Below the pieces are notes generated by a model. That model was not told the origin of the DNA, did no database searches, and was given only the letters and a program-made list of their open reading frames with translations. Source: Camelus dromedarius (lineage: Eukaryota). Taken from it: DNA of 64,000 nt. The stretch is from assembly GCF_036321535.1 (NCBI RefSeq), contig NC_087436.1:56298001-56362000 (forward strand), given 5' to 3'. Positions 1 through 14,633 of this stretch are shown here, one piece after another (position 1 is the stretch's first letter; each line of letters opens with the position of its first letter). Both the position numbers and the translations under genes were made by a program.

Positions 1-124
1 TCCTTGTTGGAGAATGAGGCCCTCAACCTGAAGAATCAGAGTCTAGCAAGGCAGACAGACCCATCCTGCACTGCGTTTGGCACCTTCAACTCCCTTGGGG
101 GTCACCTTATTGTTCCCAATTCAG
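1..124 (+). CDS. UNC5C: UNC5C coding exon (5'-truncated by window edge), start of ZU5 domain
   Basis: Frame 1 reads [41 protein letters not shown](G), recognised as UNC5C; donor CAG|GTAATT at 124/125 (phase 1). Confidence 0.96.
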
Positions 125-2084
125 GTAATTCCTAAAGGTTTTTACATTGCAGAGATAGAGCTTGAAAACATATTCTTGTACCAAAATCTTTTTTGTTTGT
201 CTTCATTAGGCCTGAAAAGTTAAATGTAGCCTATCTAAACCAAATCTACTTTCGATGTAAACTAAACATTACTGCAGACAAAATCAGCAAAACCACTTAT
301 CTTCTTCCAGCCAACTCTGAGAATACTTCCTCTAGAAATATTATACTCACAACTTTCTGCCAAGGCATTGTTTAGAACTGCCATTGACTTTCCTTTTAAT
401 AGGACTTCAGAAGGCAACATTAAGACACAAGCCCTCACTGTTGTCATCACACTTTAAAAGAACAAATTAATTAGAAAACATATCAGCTGGTTCAGTTCCA
501 ACTCCTACAGGAAGCAATACTTCAGAATACTAATCTTTAGATGATCAGAGGACATAACGGACACCCAGTCTTCACTTATTAATTTAACTCTTTATTACAG
601 TCTTCAGTCTCAAGGTATTTATAAGGTACTCACTCCTACTTCTGATATATCTATCCAGAATCACAACTTCACCAGGTTTCTTTTGTATTATTACTCAGTT
701 TTCAGTTTATTTAGTTGTCTGCTTCTAGAGAATAAGCCCCATAAAGCTCTTAAATAGTGAACGTGAATAGTGAAGTTAGTGACAGTGTTTAAAGTTTGGT
801 ATTCATTAATAGTAGTTATGGGTTTGGAACTCAGTTATAAGAGGGTTAATCGATTCCTCTGTAACATACGGTAGCTCTTTAGGACAAGACAGAGTGTTTT
901 GTAGGTACAGCAAAAAGAAACAATCTGCTTGAACCAAGGTCTTCATGTGGCATAAGATGAGAATGTAATGTGTAAACAGCCATAAAGCCAAGTAATATAC
1001 AGAACTAGTTGGTCTTCAGGTCTGAATATGAACTTGTCTTTGATTCTTGCTCTCACAATTTTTCACCTCATACCTTTAAAAGTACATTTTAATAAACTGA
1101 GATATTTAATGGAATATCATTTTTCCTTTTTAAAAATATATTTTACATAGCTGAGATTATACATTATATAAAATGCTTTTATTCAACTTATTCTCATGCT
1201 ATTGCATGCTCTTTAAAATCATGATTTTAAATACATTTTAAGTCTATAAAATTAATAGATGAAAATGTACTCTATTCTTTCATTGTTTAAACATTATATT
1301 ATTCCCAAGACATTTTTATTCATAATATTCACTGGATTCTACCTCTCCTTTCCATTTCTACACCTGTCGCTTTTTCACATATGAATTACTATAAAGGCTT
1401 CTAAGTGGAAAGGAGGGAGCTAGCATGTTTTAACTACTTTATCCTCGGGAACAGTGACTTACATGCATTACTTTATTTAATAGAGTAACAGTAGTTACCT
1501 AATATATGTCATGCCTTATTCTTGTTACTTTACATGCATAATTCTGTTTCATCCCCATAACAGACAGAAAAGAACATTTGATTGTTCCCACTGGGAAAAA
1601 TAAAAATACCGAGGCTTGGGCGCCTCATGTGTGGTCTTCCTGCTTCCACTCTGTGCCTCACCAACCACCCTGACTCGAGCGTGACCTTCACTCCCCTGGC
1701 ACCACAGCACACATGTCGGCTTCCTTCTCAAGAAGGCCATGCCTCAACCTTTTCAACCAGTTACACAAAGGCTTTGAGTACTTATTCCCCTTCAACCCTC
1801 CATTCTTTACTCTTGAGGCTTTCCAGCGTGGCTGGTCACGTTTCCTTATTGCCCTGTGCTCATTTGGCATACTCCCCTTCCTTGCTAAGTAAATTATAAG
1901 CTACTCAAAGACGAGAACATTATCTTTTACTTCTGGCGTTCACAGTATGCCAAGCACCTGTACTCACAATCATGTATGTACATTTTTATTGAGTTGAAAT
2001 TAACTACATTTATTAGAATAAAATCATGGAGCCATGTATCTTCAGGTCGCTGCCCACCCTGAATTACTCTCTGTGATGATGCCA

Positions 2085-2278
2085 CAGTGGTACAGGCCAG
2101 TGGTTCCCACAGTGTGGTCCACAGTCTGCCATCATTGGCACCACCTGGCAACTAGTTAGAACTAGAGTTTCCCCAGACGTTCTGAATCAGAAACTCCGGG
2201 GGTAGGATCCAATAATCTGTGCTTTTGCAAATCCTCCAGGTGATTCTGATGCAACCTCAAGTTGCAAACCAGGGCTAT
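2085..2278. mobile_element. MER5-family hAT-Charlie MITE
   Basis: Hallmark segments cagtggttcccacagtgtggtcc ... ctgaatcagaaactccgggggtagg ... ctccaggtgattctgatgcaacctcaagttgcaaacca. Confidence 0.75.
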
Positions 2279-2923
2279 AGGCACAGTTAACTTAGAACAG
2301 AGCTGAAGCCAATAGTCCTACAAATGCACCAATTAGCAGCTGAGTAAAAACCTGCCTGCCCTGCCAATGACTAAAACTAGCAGTGACTTTCACTATCTAG
2401 AGTTATGTATGATGAAAAACGTTCTTCACCAATTATTCTGTTATGGAAAAACACTGATGCTAACCAGATACTTCAGAAGTAAACGTTTTTGATATTGTTG
2501 AGGTTAGCATTTTCCTGTCTTTGAATCTTGTGGGGATTTTCTTTTTTTAATTAGAAACAATGCATCATTAACAGCTGTTTGAAGTTTTAAGAGCAGTTGT
2601 TGGTTTTCCCTTCGTTTTACAAGGAAAACAACAGTGGAACCATCTGTCTATTCCTTAAATAAAACAGGAGTTTAAAAAATTACATCATTCCTTTAAGCAA
2701 TTCCGTAACAGTTCAGAGGGAGCTGTGGTAACAAATAAGGCTAATAAGGAAGGAAAGCGGGGCAGCTATGAATATTTACATGTCTTTAGAGAAAAAGCAG
2801 CCAGCTTATGGCTATGTGGCCACAGAATCTCCTTACTCCTTTTCACTTGCTTCAAAGTCATTCTGTGAAGTTCTCTTTTGATTCATAGGTCTTATGTGAC
2901 TGCTTTTCTCTTTTGCTATTCAG

Positions 2924-3011
2924 GAGTAAGCTTGCTGATTCCCGCTGGGGCCATTCCCCAAGGGAGAGTCTACGAAATGTATGTGACTGTACACAGGAAA
3001 GAAAATATGAG
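2924..3011 (+). CDS. UNC5C: UNC5C coding exon (ZU5 domain)
   Basis: Acceptor ttttgctattcag|; reads (G)[28 protein letters not shown](R); donor AG|GTAAAT; phases match both neighbours. Confidence 0.97.
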
Positions 3012-4959
3012 GTAAATATGCTTGTTTTGGTGCACTTGACTTTATCAATGTCTGACTTGAAGGACTGTACACTAGAAAGAAAAAAGCCAACGTGTTTTTG
3101 TCTTGAGTGCCCTGCTTCTGGCATATCCTTTGCCCCCTAGACCTATAAAAGGTCAGCTTTGACTTTCCTTTGTCTTTGAAGCTCCAGACACTTCTGCAGG
3201 TCTTGAATATGGACACATTTCCGGCCACAGGTCCATACTAGCTGAGAACCATGGCCAGAAATGTGATCCGTAGATTGTGCAGGAGGTACACGGGTAAACA
3301 AAGAGACATCGGCTTCATGTGGCCTGGCTCAGGGGTCTGGCCTGTTGCCATTATAGGGTGAAAGATCACAAAGAATTAGACAGCCTCTTAACCCCTGCCT
3401 CCCCCTGGCACTTTATTCTCACCTGCAGATTCTTCTTTTTGTGACTGTCTTCCAGTTTTTAAGTGTTACCAACCACCTTCTTACATTTAGCACCCAAAAA
3501 AATCCACACTTGGGCCTTTCTGTATAGATCTAAGTTTGATTAAAACTAGGTTGAATCTAAGGGCTGTTTTGAATGTGTCATAATCATAAAGATGAAGTTA
3601 TTTTAAGTAAAAATAACAAGAGGAGTTTCGAAGGCCTAAATTCAGTTTTCAGTTTGGCCTCTAACAAATCGTATCTGGTCTTTCTTGATTCGTTCTCACA
3701 TAAAGTATGCGCGGTAAATAGCGCTTTAGAGGCCTGACTGATTAGTGCTTCTGAAGTGTGCTGAGATCTTAAAATAAGAGAGGTTGTTAAATGAAGATCC
3801 TTCCATGTAATTATCATTGTTTTCCCCAAGGGGAAAGGCATCGGCTCCTCAGCCCTGAGCTCTGAGGGCAAAGCGTGAGTGACGAATGTAGAACTAGGTT
3901 ATCATTACAACACATTGTACCCTTTCTCCTCCTTCCTTATCCTCAGAAAACATCCATTTTTAGTCTTGTTCTTCAGTAGCCGAAAAGCTTTTATTACGCT
4001 CTCAGGCGGAGATGTTGGTATTTATAATCTGCAGGACCCAGGACACTGTTTCCCTCACATGGTGCAGTTTCACCTGCACAAACACCAGCCTGTCTAAGAA
4101 AATAATAAAATTCCTTGAGCATTATTCATGGGCCTCAAATTCGAGCAACAGAAAATCACTAAAAGGCTTGTATTTGCTCACATCAAATATTCATTTTTTC
4201 ATTCTCAGTGCAAAGTAACATTCACAGGCCCTGAGAGCGCCCGCCCTGCTTTGGCAGCGGCAGACATGAAGATTAGCCAACTCCAGGCTGTTTCCTTCTT
4301 TCTCTTGTCCGGAGTCAAGGTTAGCACTAAGTACATCCGGCCCCCAGGGCCTTGGCCAACATGGACATTTTGTTTAAACAGAAATGAGTATTGACTTGTG
4401 TTTTATGCTGAGAAGCAGTGAGGTGTTCAGGGTCTCTTATTTTCCATCCAATCACCACTATCTTTAGCTGAAGATCACGCCTCAAGGGGCTGCTGCAAGG
4501 CATGCTGAGGCTGAAAGATGGGACACTCAGGTGCCTCCTGTGGTTTTCCTTCCCACGGGTTAGCCGGCACCCTGACCGGGATAATTGTACACTTTAGATG
4601 GAGAGAAAACAGAAAACTGATAAAGTAGGCACTTTGGCATTTAGGCTCCTCTGCCTTTGACTTTAAAGAAAAGGAAACTATAAATCACTCCTTACTATGC
4701 CTACCACCTGAAGTTAAGTGCAGAGGGACTGGCTATATTAAATTCTGTGTGCATCAAAGAAGTTCTGTTTATAAAAATTAAGCTAGAGAAACCTCAAGAT
4801 CTCAAAGAAAATATGCGCAAGAGACCATAAAACAAGGACTAAACACAGGAAGGCAACTGTCTCAAATAAATGAGAAAGTCCTCCCTTCACTAATTTTCTG
4901 CCGTGCACTGGGTGCATTTTTTCTTATAAAAACACAATGATGAGAATGTGTTTTAGGAT

Positions 4960-5180
4960 ATAATAATAATGCAAAACATAGGTAGCATATAGTCAGCGTA
5001 TTTTTAACTTCATTTATTCCTCACTGCAGCTCTCCAAGTTAGGATGAGCGCCACTTTAAAGATCAAAAACTAGGGCACAGGGAGATTAAGTCACATAGCC
5101 AAGCTTTCCCAGTTACCAAGTGAGGGAAGGTGGAATTCACACCCAAGTTATCTCATCACAGAGCTTTTCTGCTCTGTAAC
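4960..5180 (-). mobile_element. MIR SINE
   Basis: Degenerate MIR core (aaaactagggcacagggagattaagtcac ... ggaattcacacccaag). Confidence 0.6.
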
Positions 5181-5974
5181 ACGCCACCCCTACTCCGCAG
5201 GCCCCTGTACACAAGCAGCCTCTGCCTTCTGATCATAGTGCGTTGCTGAATGTGGTGTCTTCCTGCTGCTCACCAGAGACCCTTTCTAGCCTTACATGAT
5301 CTCAGAACTTCTTTCAGAGAAGACACTGTGAGGATATCAGACGAGTTTTAATTTAAGGCATTTACAGGAAAATTCTGATTATTTTTCTCCATTTTCCCTC
5401 TCTCTGATTGCCTTATTGCATCCAAAACTGGATGTTTTTCCAGCTGGGTGGTATCCAGCTGGTCATCTGCTGATATGAACTGTCTAAAGGGAGGTGTGAA
5501 CTTAATTACATGTGGCAAGTGAACGTGACAAGAGGGGGCCTTATCATTACAGAATATGTGCTAAGAGAAAGCTGGAATGGCAGATGAGCAGCTTAAATGA
5601 GCTGCAGGGACAGGATGGGCTGTCTCTGCCTGAAAGGGGACTGAGTTGCAGGGCTGCGCTCGCAATTTCTAGCTCTCCTGCTTTACACATCCCCGGAGAA
5701 GCTGCAAACCTGTTTCCCCACCATGGGTAGAATTCCCACAGTTCACAGCACTAATGTGGGCCTTTTTGCCTTGTTTCCAGTAGCAGTTTAAAAAAAAATG
5801 AGCCTGACTCAGACTGAAATTTTGCCTTTTGTCATTTCTTATTGAAAAACAATTTGAATTGAAGATATGAATGTTAATTTTCCCTTCCTCTGTTCTTTAC
5901 TTGCCTAGCAGTTTTCTCAAAAGGCAAAAGAAAAAAAATCAATTTAGGCTTTCCAAATATAACGGTAAATAGAA

Positions 5975-6002
5975 CTTTTTTTTTTTTTTTTTTTTTTTTT
6001 TT
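5975..6002. repeat. Poly(T) tract
   Basis: Uninterrupted run of about 28 T. Confidence 0.95.
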
Positions 6003-8094
6003 GGTATACTGTGGGGAACCGTGGAAGTTCTCTGAGCGGCCAAGTGCTGCCAGAATATGAATGCTTTTTAAAGACTGACCTGGAGACACTGTACAGGGTG
6101 AGCCTGTGGAGGGAACAGAAAGAGTCTCCCGTGAAGGCAGGGGCCTGGCTGGGCCCCTGGCATTGATCAGGGAGTGAGAGGGGAGAGGAGGAGCCTGACC
6201 TGAGTCTGCAGAATGGAAAGAAAAATATACTTCAGAAGAAAAAGTGTTTCACAACTGGTTACAAGTTTGGCAGAAGAGTGGCAAAGCAGAAAGAATATAC
6301 TCAGGAATCAAGCCTGGGGCACTGGGAAAATTGGGAGAGCAATAAAGGGGGCCAGAAGCAGCAACTGTTTCAAGGAGAGGAGGGACAGACTGTGACTTGG
6401 TTGTGCAATGTGTGCGAGAGGGGGTCTGGGATGCATGCTGGAGACGCAGAGGCCAGTCACCAGCAAGCAGATCCTCTGAGGGAAAAGGTGCAGAGGCAGA
6501 AAGAAGAGAACTGGGGGAAGAACTTTGGGAAATGTTCTTATTTAAGGCTTGAGTATGATGAGCAAAACTAAATGGAACGTGTAAGGATAAGGCAGATAGG
6601 AGTTTGCATCTAGCTTAATATATATATAGTTGCACCTCAGTGAGTATTTTTGAATGAAAGAATGGACAGTTATACGTATAATAGGACAAAATCAGAGGTA
6701 AAGAGAGTTTCAAAATGGAGGAAGTGATTGACAGAGGTATTACTAAAATTAAAATGTAGAGAAAGAGAATAGTAATTCAAAAAGCTATCAGGTTTGTCAA
6801 CTGTAGGACACGGCTGGCCTTCAGGACTTTTTTAAAGGATGCAGTCCCAGTCGGACGGATTTAAGATGTGACTTAGTGGTGAGGCAATTACAACTGTCCT
6901 TATATTTACTGAATATGAATGATACAGTAATATGTGAGGATAGTGGGCCAAATTTTCTTGTGTATGTAATCATATAGCAGAAAGTTTTCATTTATTTTAA
7001 TGTGTTGTTTGGAGCTTTATAAAGTAGTAATTGACATTATTATTTCTCAGTGAAACTCAGTGATATTCTCCTTTTAGGTAGAGTCCTAAATTCTTGTTTG
7101 AAGGAACAGCTATAAAAAGACTTAAAAATAGAGGGGGAAAGGAGTGGAGTCCAGGTATTTTTAAATCTTATTCTCTCACTGTTCTCCACAGTGCTTATTT
7201 ATTGAAATCCAACATCTAAAGGAAGGATTCAAAGTGATTTATGAAAGCAGTCTTTACAGTAGGAGGAATTTTTTTTTAAATAAGTGGATGAAAACAAAGA
7301 GAAAATGGAAAAAATAAGATTAGAAAAGATAAAGCAGGTGACCATTTAGAATATAAAATATTTGATGTAATTCCCAGCATATTTCTTGTTAATAGGTCAT
7401 GAATTTACTGTTTCAAAGCTTGCAAGAGGGGGACATGGTAAGTTACAAGATCCATGTATCTGTTCATAAGGGAAAAATATGCCTGGAAGAAGCTCAGTTA
7501 TTTCTCTTTTGGTTCCTCATAAAGAAAACATTTTGTTCATACAGTGAACAACATTTAAAAGATGAAAACGTCAGTAAGCTTTGTTAGTATTCCTCTGTGT
7601 GAGCAGAAAGTATAAGGCCCAAGGATAAATTCAGTAAAATAATTCCACAAGGATGCAGCAGTTCAGTCCCAGGCACAATACTTAGCTGTTCTGGCTTAAT
7701 CCAGGGACAGATTTTGGCCTGTCTAGGGAAATGGGGGCACGCCCTTCAGAGTAGCTTCCATAAATATTTTTTTTTGCTCAATTGAGCTTTTGATAGCAAG
7801 TGAGTTAGATACTCCCTGTCGGGTACCTAGAGTGCAGATATTCCAAATGCCAGTTATACGTGAAACCGTGTGTTTTAAAAGGCAGCTGAGCCTAGGGTGG
7901 GATTGTCATCCTGAGGGACCTGACAAAAGGCATGTGTGTTAATAGAAGGCATCTCATTTCCACTCAGCGACAGACAGAGACAGGTTCTTCTCAAGAAGCA
8001 GCTTTGAGCTTGTTCTAGCAAACAGACCCTAAACTTTTCTTAAGGCCCTAAGTCCAGATAAGGAACCCAGAACATACCACTGTGTAAAAGAAAC

Positions 8095-8285
8095 CAAATG
8101 ACTTGTGTTTGGATCCTAGCTTTGCCCATGACTAGCTTTGTGGCTTTAGGCAAGTGTGTTAGTATCTCTAGATTTCTGTTGCCTCTTTCGGGGGGAAAAG
8201 GTAATATAAATACTTATCTGGACTACCTTACCAGTGTGCCTTGGGCAGCAAATGCAATAGGTTTTATGAAAGTTTTGTAAATTGT
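8095..8285 (+). mobile_element. MIR SINE
   Basis: tttggatcctagctttgcccatgactagctttgtggctttaggcaagtg resembles the MIR core. Confidence 0.6.
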
Positions 8286-9789
8286 GCACTTCTGTGTAGG
8301 AGAAGTTCTCCTTGCTGATAATAGCAAGCAGAGGAGGAGACAATCCTACAGGAAACTAAAACTCCTCTCAGAGGGCTTTGTCCTAGAGTTCTTAGAATCC
8401 GTCCGGCATTAACCATGATTTTATCCTTGTTGGACTTTGAAAAGCCTTTAAAACATGATCATTGCTCACTACTGAATTCTCCTTAATTGCTCTTTCTGTA
8501 GCTAATTTTTGCTTTGAGTTCATTTCCATATCATCTGCAATTAATATTTACAGAATGTTTGCTTAAATATCTTTGATAACATATGAGACATAAAGGAGAA
8601 AAGCCCGTTGCAAAAATATGAAGTAGATTTATTTGTATTTATTTCCTACTCTTTTTGTTTTATGTATTTTAATAACCCCACCCCTTTATGTGAATAAAGG
8701 AAATATAGATTTAAAATACGAAAACCTTTGGTTTCGTAGTTAAGTCTTAACCTTCCCTAAGTGGCTCCTTCTGTATATGCTTGGAAATGTTTCCAATTTC
8801 AATGCTACTTCTTTCATCTTGAAAACACCAGAAGATTCTTATCGTTACTTCTTTGTTTTTCATTCCCTGTTATGAATTCCACACCACTACTTCCCTATTC
8901 ATTACATTCTCGCACCTCACTGGGTTAATAAATTCTTTTGACACCTACTGCCCCTTCCTTCCCTTGCTAGCCCTCCTCCAAGAATGGTGCCCATCAATAT
9001 TGCATGCCAGGGGAGTGCAGGCCTGACAGCGCCCCGGCCCAGCGGGGAGCCTGCTCCCTTCTGTTCCAACTCAGTGATGAGAAGAGTCCCTCCTCCTCCT
9101 GCCTCCAGCACCCGCTGCTCACAGCAGACCGAGAGACAGATGTTCCCAGTCCCCACCTCTGTTGTAAGGGCCACTTGAAGTGGATTCCACTTTAGTCTCC
9201 ATCCTTAAAAGTTTAATGCTCACTTCTCAAGGTACGCTTGTAACTAAAAGGTAAGAGTAGTGCTCAGAAAAATGCAGCCATCACTTTTTGCTGCTCCAGT
9301 AGGAAAACAGAACTAAGCAAGAATTTGGTAACTGCTTAGGGCAAACAGCGTAATATCAACTTTGACGCAGTGAAAGCAAGACTTCACTCATGTTCTAAGA
9401 AAATGAATTTCAGACTGGAACAAAGGAGGACAAGCTGCGTTAAGAGGAAATGAAAACCTAAAGGGGATAGTAATGAGTTCTCAAGCTGCCACTCACCCTG
9501 TAATTCCAAATAAGTACATTTCCAAGTATTTTGATAACTTTACACTTAATAAAACTATGTTGTTACTCAGTGAGAATGGAGATGATATTAAAAGACTAAA
9601 GAGATCATTTTTTTTTTTAATGTTCTGAATAGGAAGAAAAGCCACAGGTTGGTGAGATTCTAGTGAAATTTTAGAATGAGAGAGGAAGCACTGATAGCCA
9701 AGTTTTATTAAGGGGAAAATATGCCAAATTTTAACTGAGTTCTTAGACCTGATGAAAATAATTACCAAGAACTTAGGAATTTCTAAGAT

Positions 9790-10180
9790 TTGACCTTACT
9801 TATGACCTACCAAGTTGGCCACCACCATTTTGTAGATGCTGATAAGTGGCGCAAGACTCCTGGGTCAGACAGAGGGCAGTTTATTGCTCACAGCAGTAGC
9901 ACTTACCAAAGTATTACCGTTTTTGTGCTGGTTTCCCAAGCCCCAGTTCTGGAAGGGTGAGGTGAAGACAGACGACATCTATACACTGGGTGGTTGCACT
10001 CCAGGAACAGACCACTGAGCTCAGGGAACCTGAGTCTTTTATAATGGGAAGTAGGCATGTCTGCCGTTTGCTCCAGAGGTAAGCACTATCTTTGGCTTCC
10101 AAGGTGATTGCCATACAGTTGCCTTGAAAAGACAATCAGGACCATGAAGAAACGTGAGAGATCCATAGAGAATAGTTTTC
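9790..10180. mobile_element. Probable ERV solo-LTR fragment (family uncertain)
   Basis: aagactcctgggtcagacagagggcagtttattgctcacagca resembles a segment I recall from old eutherian LTRs. Confidence 0.4.
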
Positions 10181-10339
10181 CAACAATATTAAAAAAATAA
10201 CAGCTACTATCATTCATGGAATGTTAAATGAGGGTAAGCCATAGATGTAAGCTAACTTCTACATTATGAAGTAGTAATATATTAACCATAGGTAAAGACA
10301 AGGGAAAAATCCATTTCAGGTGGCTATTGCAATTATAAA

Positions 10340-11900
10340 GGAACTTGATATATCCTCTGTAATATTTGTGTGAATGAAATGAATATGAACTGTACAATGT
10401 ACATTTTAATGGGTTTATATTTGACTGAACTAAGTAGCTCTTAAGTATTGATGTCAGACTGGAGAGAGATTTCAAGTAGTGTCCTTGACAAGGTCTCTGT
10501 CTTTGCCCTATTCTTGTATTACAGTGTTATAAATGATTAGAATGAGAACATAAATGGCAGGCATATCAGATTTATGGAGGATAAAAGACTGGAAGAGATA
10601 GCCTATATTTGGAGGAAAGATACAGCATTAAGGCATAGACAACCTAAAAATTTTCCTAAAACAATTAAGTGAAATTAGATAGCTAAATATAAATTTCTCT
10701 TTATAGGCTCAAAAGCCATCATTGCAACCACAGACCTATAAAGACAGTGTAAGAGCCTCTCATGTTAGAAGTACATAGAGTGGTTAGCTTTAACAAATTA
10801 CTTAACCTCCTTGGGGCTTCATTGCCTTCTTTTATAAAAGAGTTGCTTAACCTTATTATCTCTATCTTCCCATCTAACTCATGTCTGCTAAATAATATTT
10901 ATAAGTAATTAATTGGTTGCAAATAATCTAAGGCAACAATTTTGTGAGGCATTGATATAGCTACGAATTCCTAAGCAAAGAAAACACCAGTCCCCCTATA
11001 CTGTGTACTTGAATGTCATTGGCCCTCTGTGTCTGTGGGTTCTGTGTCTGCAGATTTGACCAACTCAGATCAATAAATTTGGAAAAAGCAATTTTTTTTC
11101 CAGAAAGTTCCAAAACCAAAACTTGAATTTACAGCGTGCTGGCAACTATTTAAATAGCATTTACATTGTATTGGGTATTATAAGTAATCTAGAGATGATT
11201 TAAAGTATATGGAAGGATTTGCCTAGGTTATATGACATATTTTATAAGGGTGATCTAATTTTTTGGTTATAAATGATTATAAAATTTTTATAATGGTTAT
11301 ATAATTTTTATGTAATGGTTATACGCTATTTTATATAATACTCTGCCATTTTATATAAGGAACTTGAACATCTGGGGATTTTGGTATCTGCAGGGAGTTC
11401 TGGACCCAACCTTCTAAGGATACTGAGGGGTGACAATCTTACATTCATTTCAAGATGCTCCACTCTAGTGAAGACATTGAAACACTGACAGACATCTCTA
11501 TGAAAATAAAGATAGAATTATAGGAAGAGATTGGGAAACCGTGTATTTCTAGCTGAAGTTGCAGAAACTGAGGATGTTTGGTTGGGAGGAAAGAAGACTT
11601 TTTAGAGATACCATAATAATCTCTAAATTTGAAAGTTTCTTTCAGACCAAACTGGAGAGAATGCAGGTCAAGAATATATGGAGAGAAGTGTCAGGAAGGC
11701 AAACTGTGTTTGTTCTAAGGAAGAAAGTTCTTTAAATTTGAATTGATAATAGATGAGAAGACCCCTCAAGGAGGAGTGGGCTACAATGTTGGATTAGTTT
11801 AAAGCACTAACCACATGTCAACATGATGTAGGGAAGCTTTGTGCTTGTAGACCCTTAGGGCCCTTCCTCCTGTAAAATTCCACGAGCCCATGATTTCTTG
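10340..11900 (+). mobile_element. CR1/L3 LINE fragments (reverse-transcriptase region and 3' end), interrupted by MIR and MER2
   Basis: About 10529-10603 translates IND*NENINGRHIRFMEDKRLEEIA, resembling the CR1 RT motif INDLDEGIE.TL.KFADDTKLGG.A; CR1-like sequence resumes after the MER2 insertion. Confidence 0.6.
11017..11436 (-). mobile_element. MER2/MER2B (TcMar-Tigger MITE)
   Basis: Close match to the recalled consensus: atagcatttacattgtattgggtattataagtaatctagagatgatttaaagtata ... ggattttggtatctgcaggg; degenerate TIRs at both ends. Confidence 0.85.
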
Positions 11901-12629
11901 TCATGCTGTTCTGACAAAGTTGTTTTGAGTATTGTTTTTGCAAAGGCATTGGTTTTAGTCTCAGCATGAGCTCTTGCTAGTTGTGAGACTTGGGGCAATC
12001 CACTCAACACCTTGGGGTTGCCTCCTTACATATCTACTGACAGCTTTGGTTAATTTATTCATTGCCTGTTGATTACAATCTTGTTAGGGAAAGAGTAAGG
12101 CAGTTAAAAAAATGTGAAAATAAAGAATTTGGGTCTTTGAGGTTAGTCCCATGCAGATTCTCAGAGTATGAAGTATACATGTACAGAAATTTTACATTGC
12201 TATAGAAACACAGTTCAATATACTTTCTTGGTCTTACTTGAAAAAATGAATCTGTTATACTAGCCTGAATTATTCCTGAAAGTCATTTGGAAGAAGTTTA
12301 GCTCTAGGGTGTTCTTATTCTAAAGTGAGATTTTTGAAGTGTTTTTCAAGTTAGTCCTAAAACACAAAAGTGTCTAAAACTCTGTGAAACCACTGGCAAG
12401 TATTATCAAAAAAGATTGTTATGTAGCTTCATAAGGACCCTGTTCTATCTCATTCCATTTTGAAAGTATCTGTACATGAATTCAGAGGAAATCACCAAAG
12501 GCAGACTTGTGTCTGAGGGAGGGGATCAAAGAGATGCTGGCAGATTCACTGTTACCAGAAAGACCTCAAGTCTTGCAAGATCAAAGTCGTGGTATAAAGG
12601 GCATGTCTTCCCATTTAATTGTGCCTCAA

Positions 12630-12783
<154 letters not shown>

Positions 12784-12889
12784 CTAAGAAGAACCTATTT
12801 GTACAACTCTAGATCTAAGATCTCAGTGAGTACATTGTATATAAATACTGTGGAACTGTCACTGACTCCAATCTCTGCTCTCCTCCTAG

Positions 12890-13058
12890 GCCACCCATGG
12901 AGGACTCCCAGACACTCTTGACTCCTGTGGTGAGCTGTGGGCCTCCAGGAGCCCTGCTAACCCGCCCTATCATCCTCACTATGCATCACTGTGCAGATCC
13001 CAGTACTGAGGACTGGAAGATACAGCTCAAGAACCAGGCAGCACAGGGACAGTGGGAG
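12890..13058 (+). CDS. UNC5C: UNC5C coding exon (ZU5 domain)
   Basis: Acceptor ctctcctcctag|; (R)[56 protein letters not shown]; donor GAG|GTGAGC; overlaps ORF 12897..13235. Confidence 0.97.
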
Positions 13059-14633
13059 GTGAGCCTCTGTTGGGATAAAGATGGAACCCAAGAGCGATCC
13101 ATGCATATAAGAAAGGGCAATTATGGGAAGGCTTTTATTTTTAAAGCAAAACGTGGGAGGAATTTTAGCTTATATTCGAAATTAGATGGGGAGGAAGAGG
13201 AAGAGGGGGAGAGAGAGACAAACACTGATTCCTGAGTACGTTATCTAATGACTGATAGGCACAAAGAAAATGATGGTCAAGCATTAGCTAACTCATAGAG
13301 AAAGTGCACTTAAAGAGTCTTACAGAAGTCCCTTTGGAATAGACATACAATCTTAGGAGGAGAAACATTTTTTTTTAATTTTCAGCAGAAAAACATTGCA
13401 CCTGGGTCAGAAATGTTACATTTACTTGCCAACAAGTACCCAAAATGTAGGTCTGAACTTAACCTGGGAAAACAGGAAGGTGTGTCCTAAGCTCCACAAC
13501 AGTGAAGAACAGCTGTGGCACCTGGGCTCTCTATAGCTGCTGCCATCAGAACATCTCAAGGACAGTGCCTTAAACAGGTCCTGTTCTTTACATCAGAACC
13601 CTGCAGCTGGCACCTGAAGTTAAGTGCAAAAGGATTTGTTACATTTGACATGAAGATTTTATACCTGATACCTAAAAATTTTGTGTAATCATTACAAAGA
13701 GAATTATCCAATCTGTATGTTGGATGTATTTTGTGATTACTTACAAAATTTTTCTTTTAGGAAAGAAATTTTTAGGAAAAAAAGTACATGAACATTCAAA
13801 CCCCCACTATGTTAGGAAAAAGTAGTGTTAGAGTTAGAAGCGTAGCAGGGCATCCCTGAGATTACGTGGAATGTCCTCTCCCTCTGTGGACCTGCTCTCG
13901 GCCATGTGAGGGGACCACTCCTTTCCAGAGGATCTCAAGTCCAGGACTGAAGTCTAGGGATAGACTTTACCAGATCTAACTTCAATTCCATTTAAGTTTA
14001 TATGATTTATCTCAAAAAAAATCCCGAAGTCTTGATTCAAGTAACCCTAAATTGTTTGCACAATCCCCTAATACCCTGTCTATTTCTGGATTTGAGTAAT
14101 AACAATAATAAAAGGAAAAGAAAAAGAAGAGATGAGAAGAGTAAAAGAGGGAAACCCTTATGAAAACACCCTTCCACTTGTGACAGGAACGTGGAGCCAC
14201 TTTATTCTCAGCCATTTCTCCCAGGAGGCTTCAGTGACATGCCGTCAGGAAGTGACACTTGAGGCTTCCCCTTCCTTGCCCTGCTGGAGAAAGCGGCTTC
14301 TTTCCAGGAGTCCTTTGGGTCTGGACTAAACCTGGAGGTGCCGAGCTCCTTTCTCTCCTTCCCAGTTCGCTGTGAGCTTCATTTTCCGGTTTAGGTTCAG
14401 TTGAAGAGGTGATGTCATGGGTGCTATTAAAACACAGCCCTCACTATAGCTCAGGTGGTGTTGCAAGGCTGAGTAATAACCACCGGAGGCGGCTCCTTCC
14501 AGAGCTTGGTCCAGCCCCAGGGACTCAGTTTATGATGCAACAGTCATGTTCGTGCTTTTGACAAATAACCATTTGCTCATGAGCCAGGCCCTCTGAGATG
14601 CAGGGAGCAAAGTAGTTATGGTTGCTCCCTCTG

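Noticed and set aside
7260..7940. Possible ancient L4/RTE-X LINE fragment
   Set aside because: Only a vague resemblance from memory; cannot be supported without a Dfam search.
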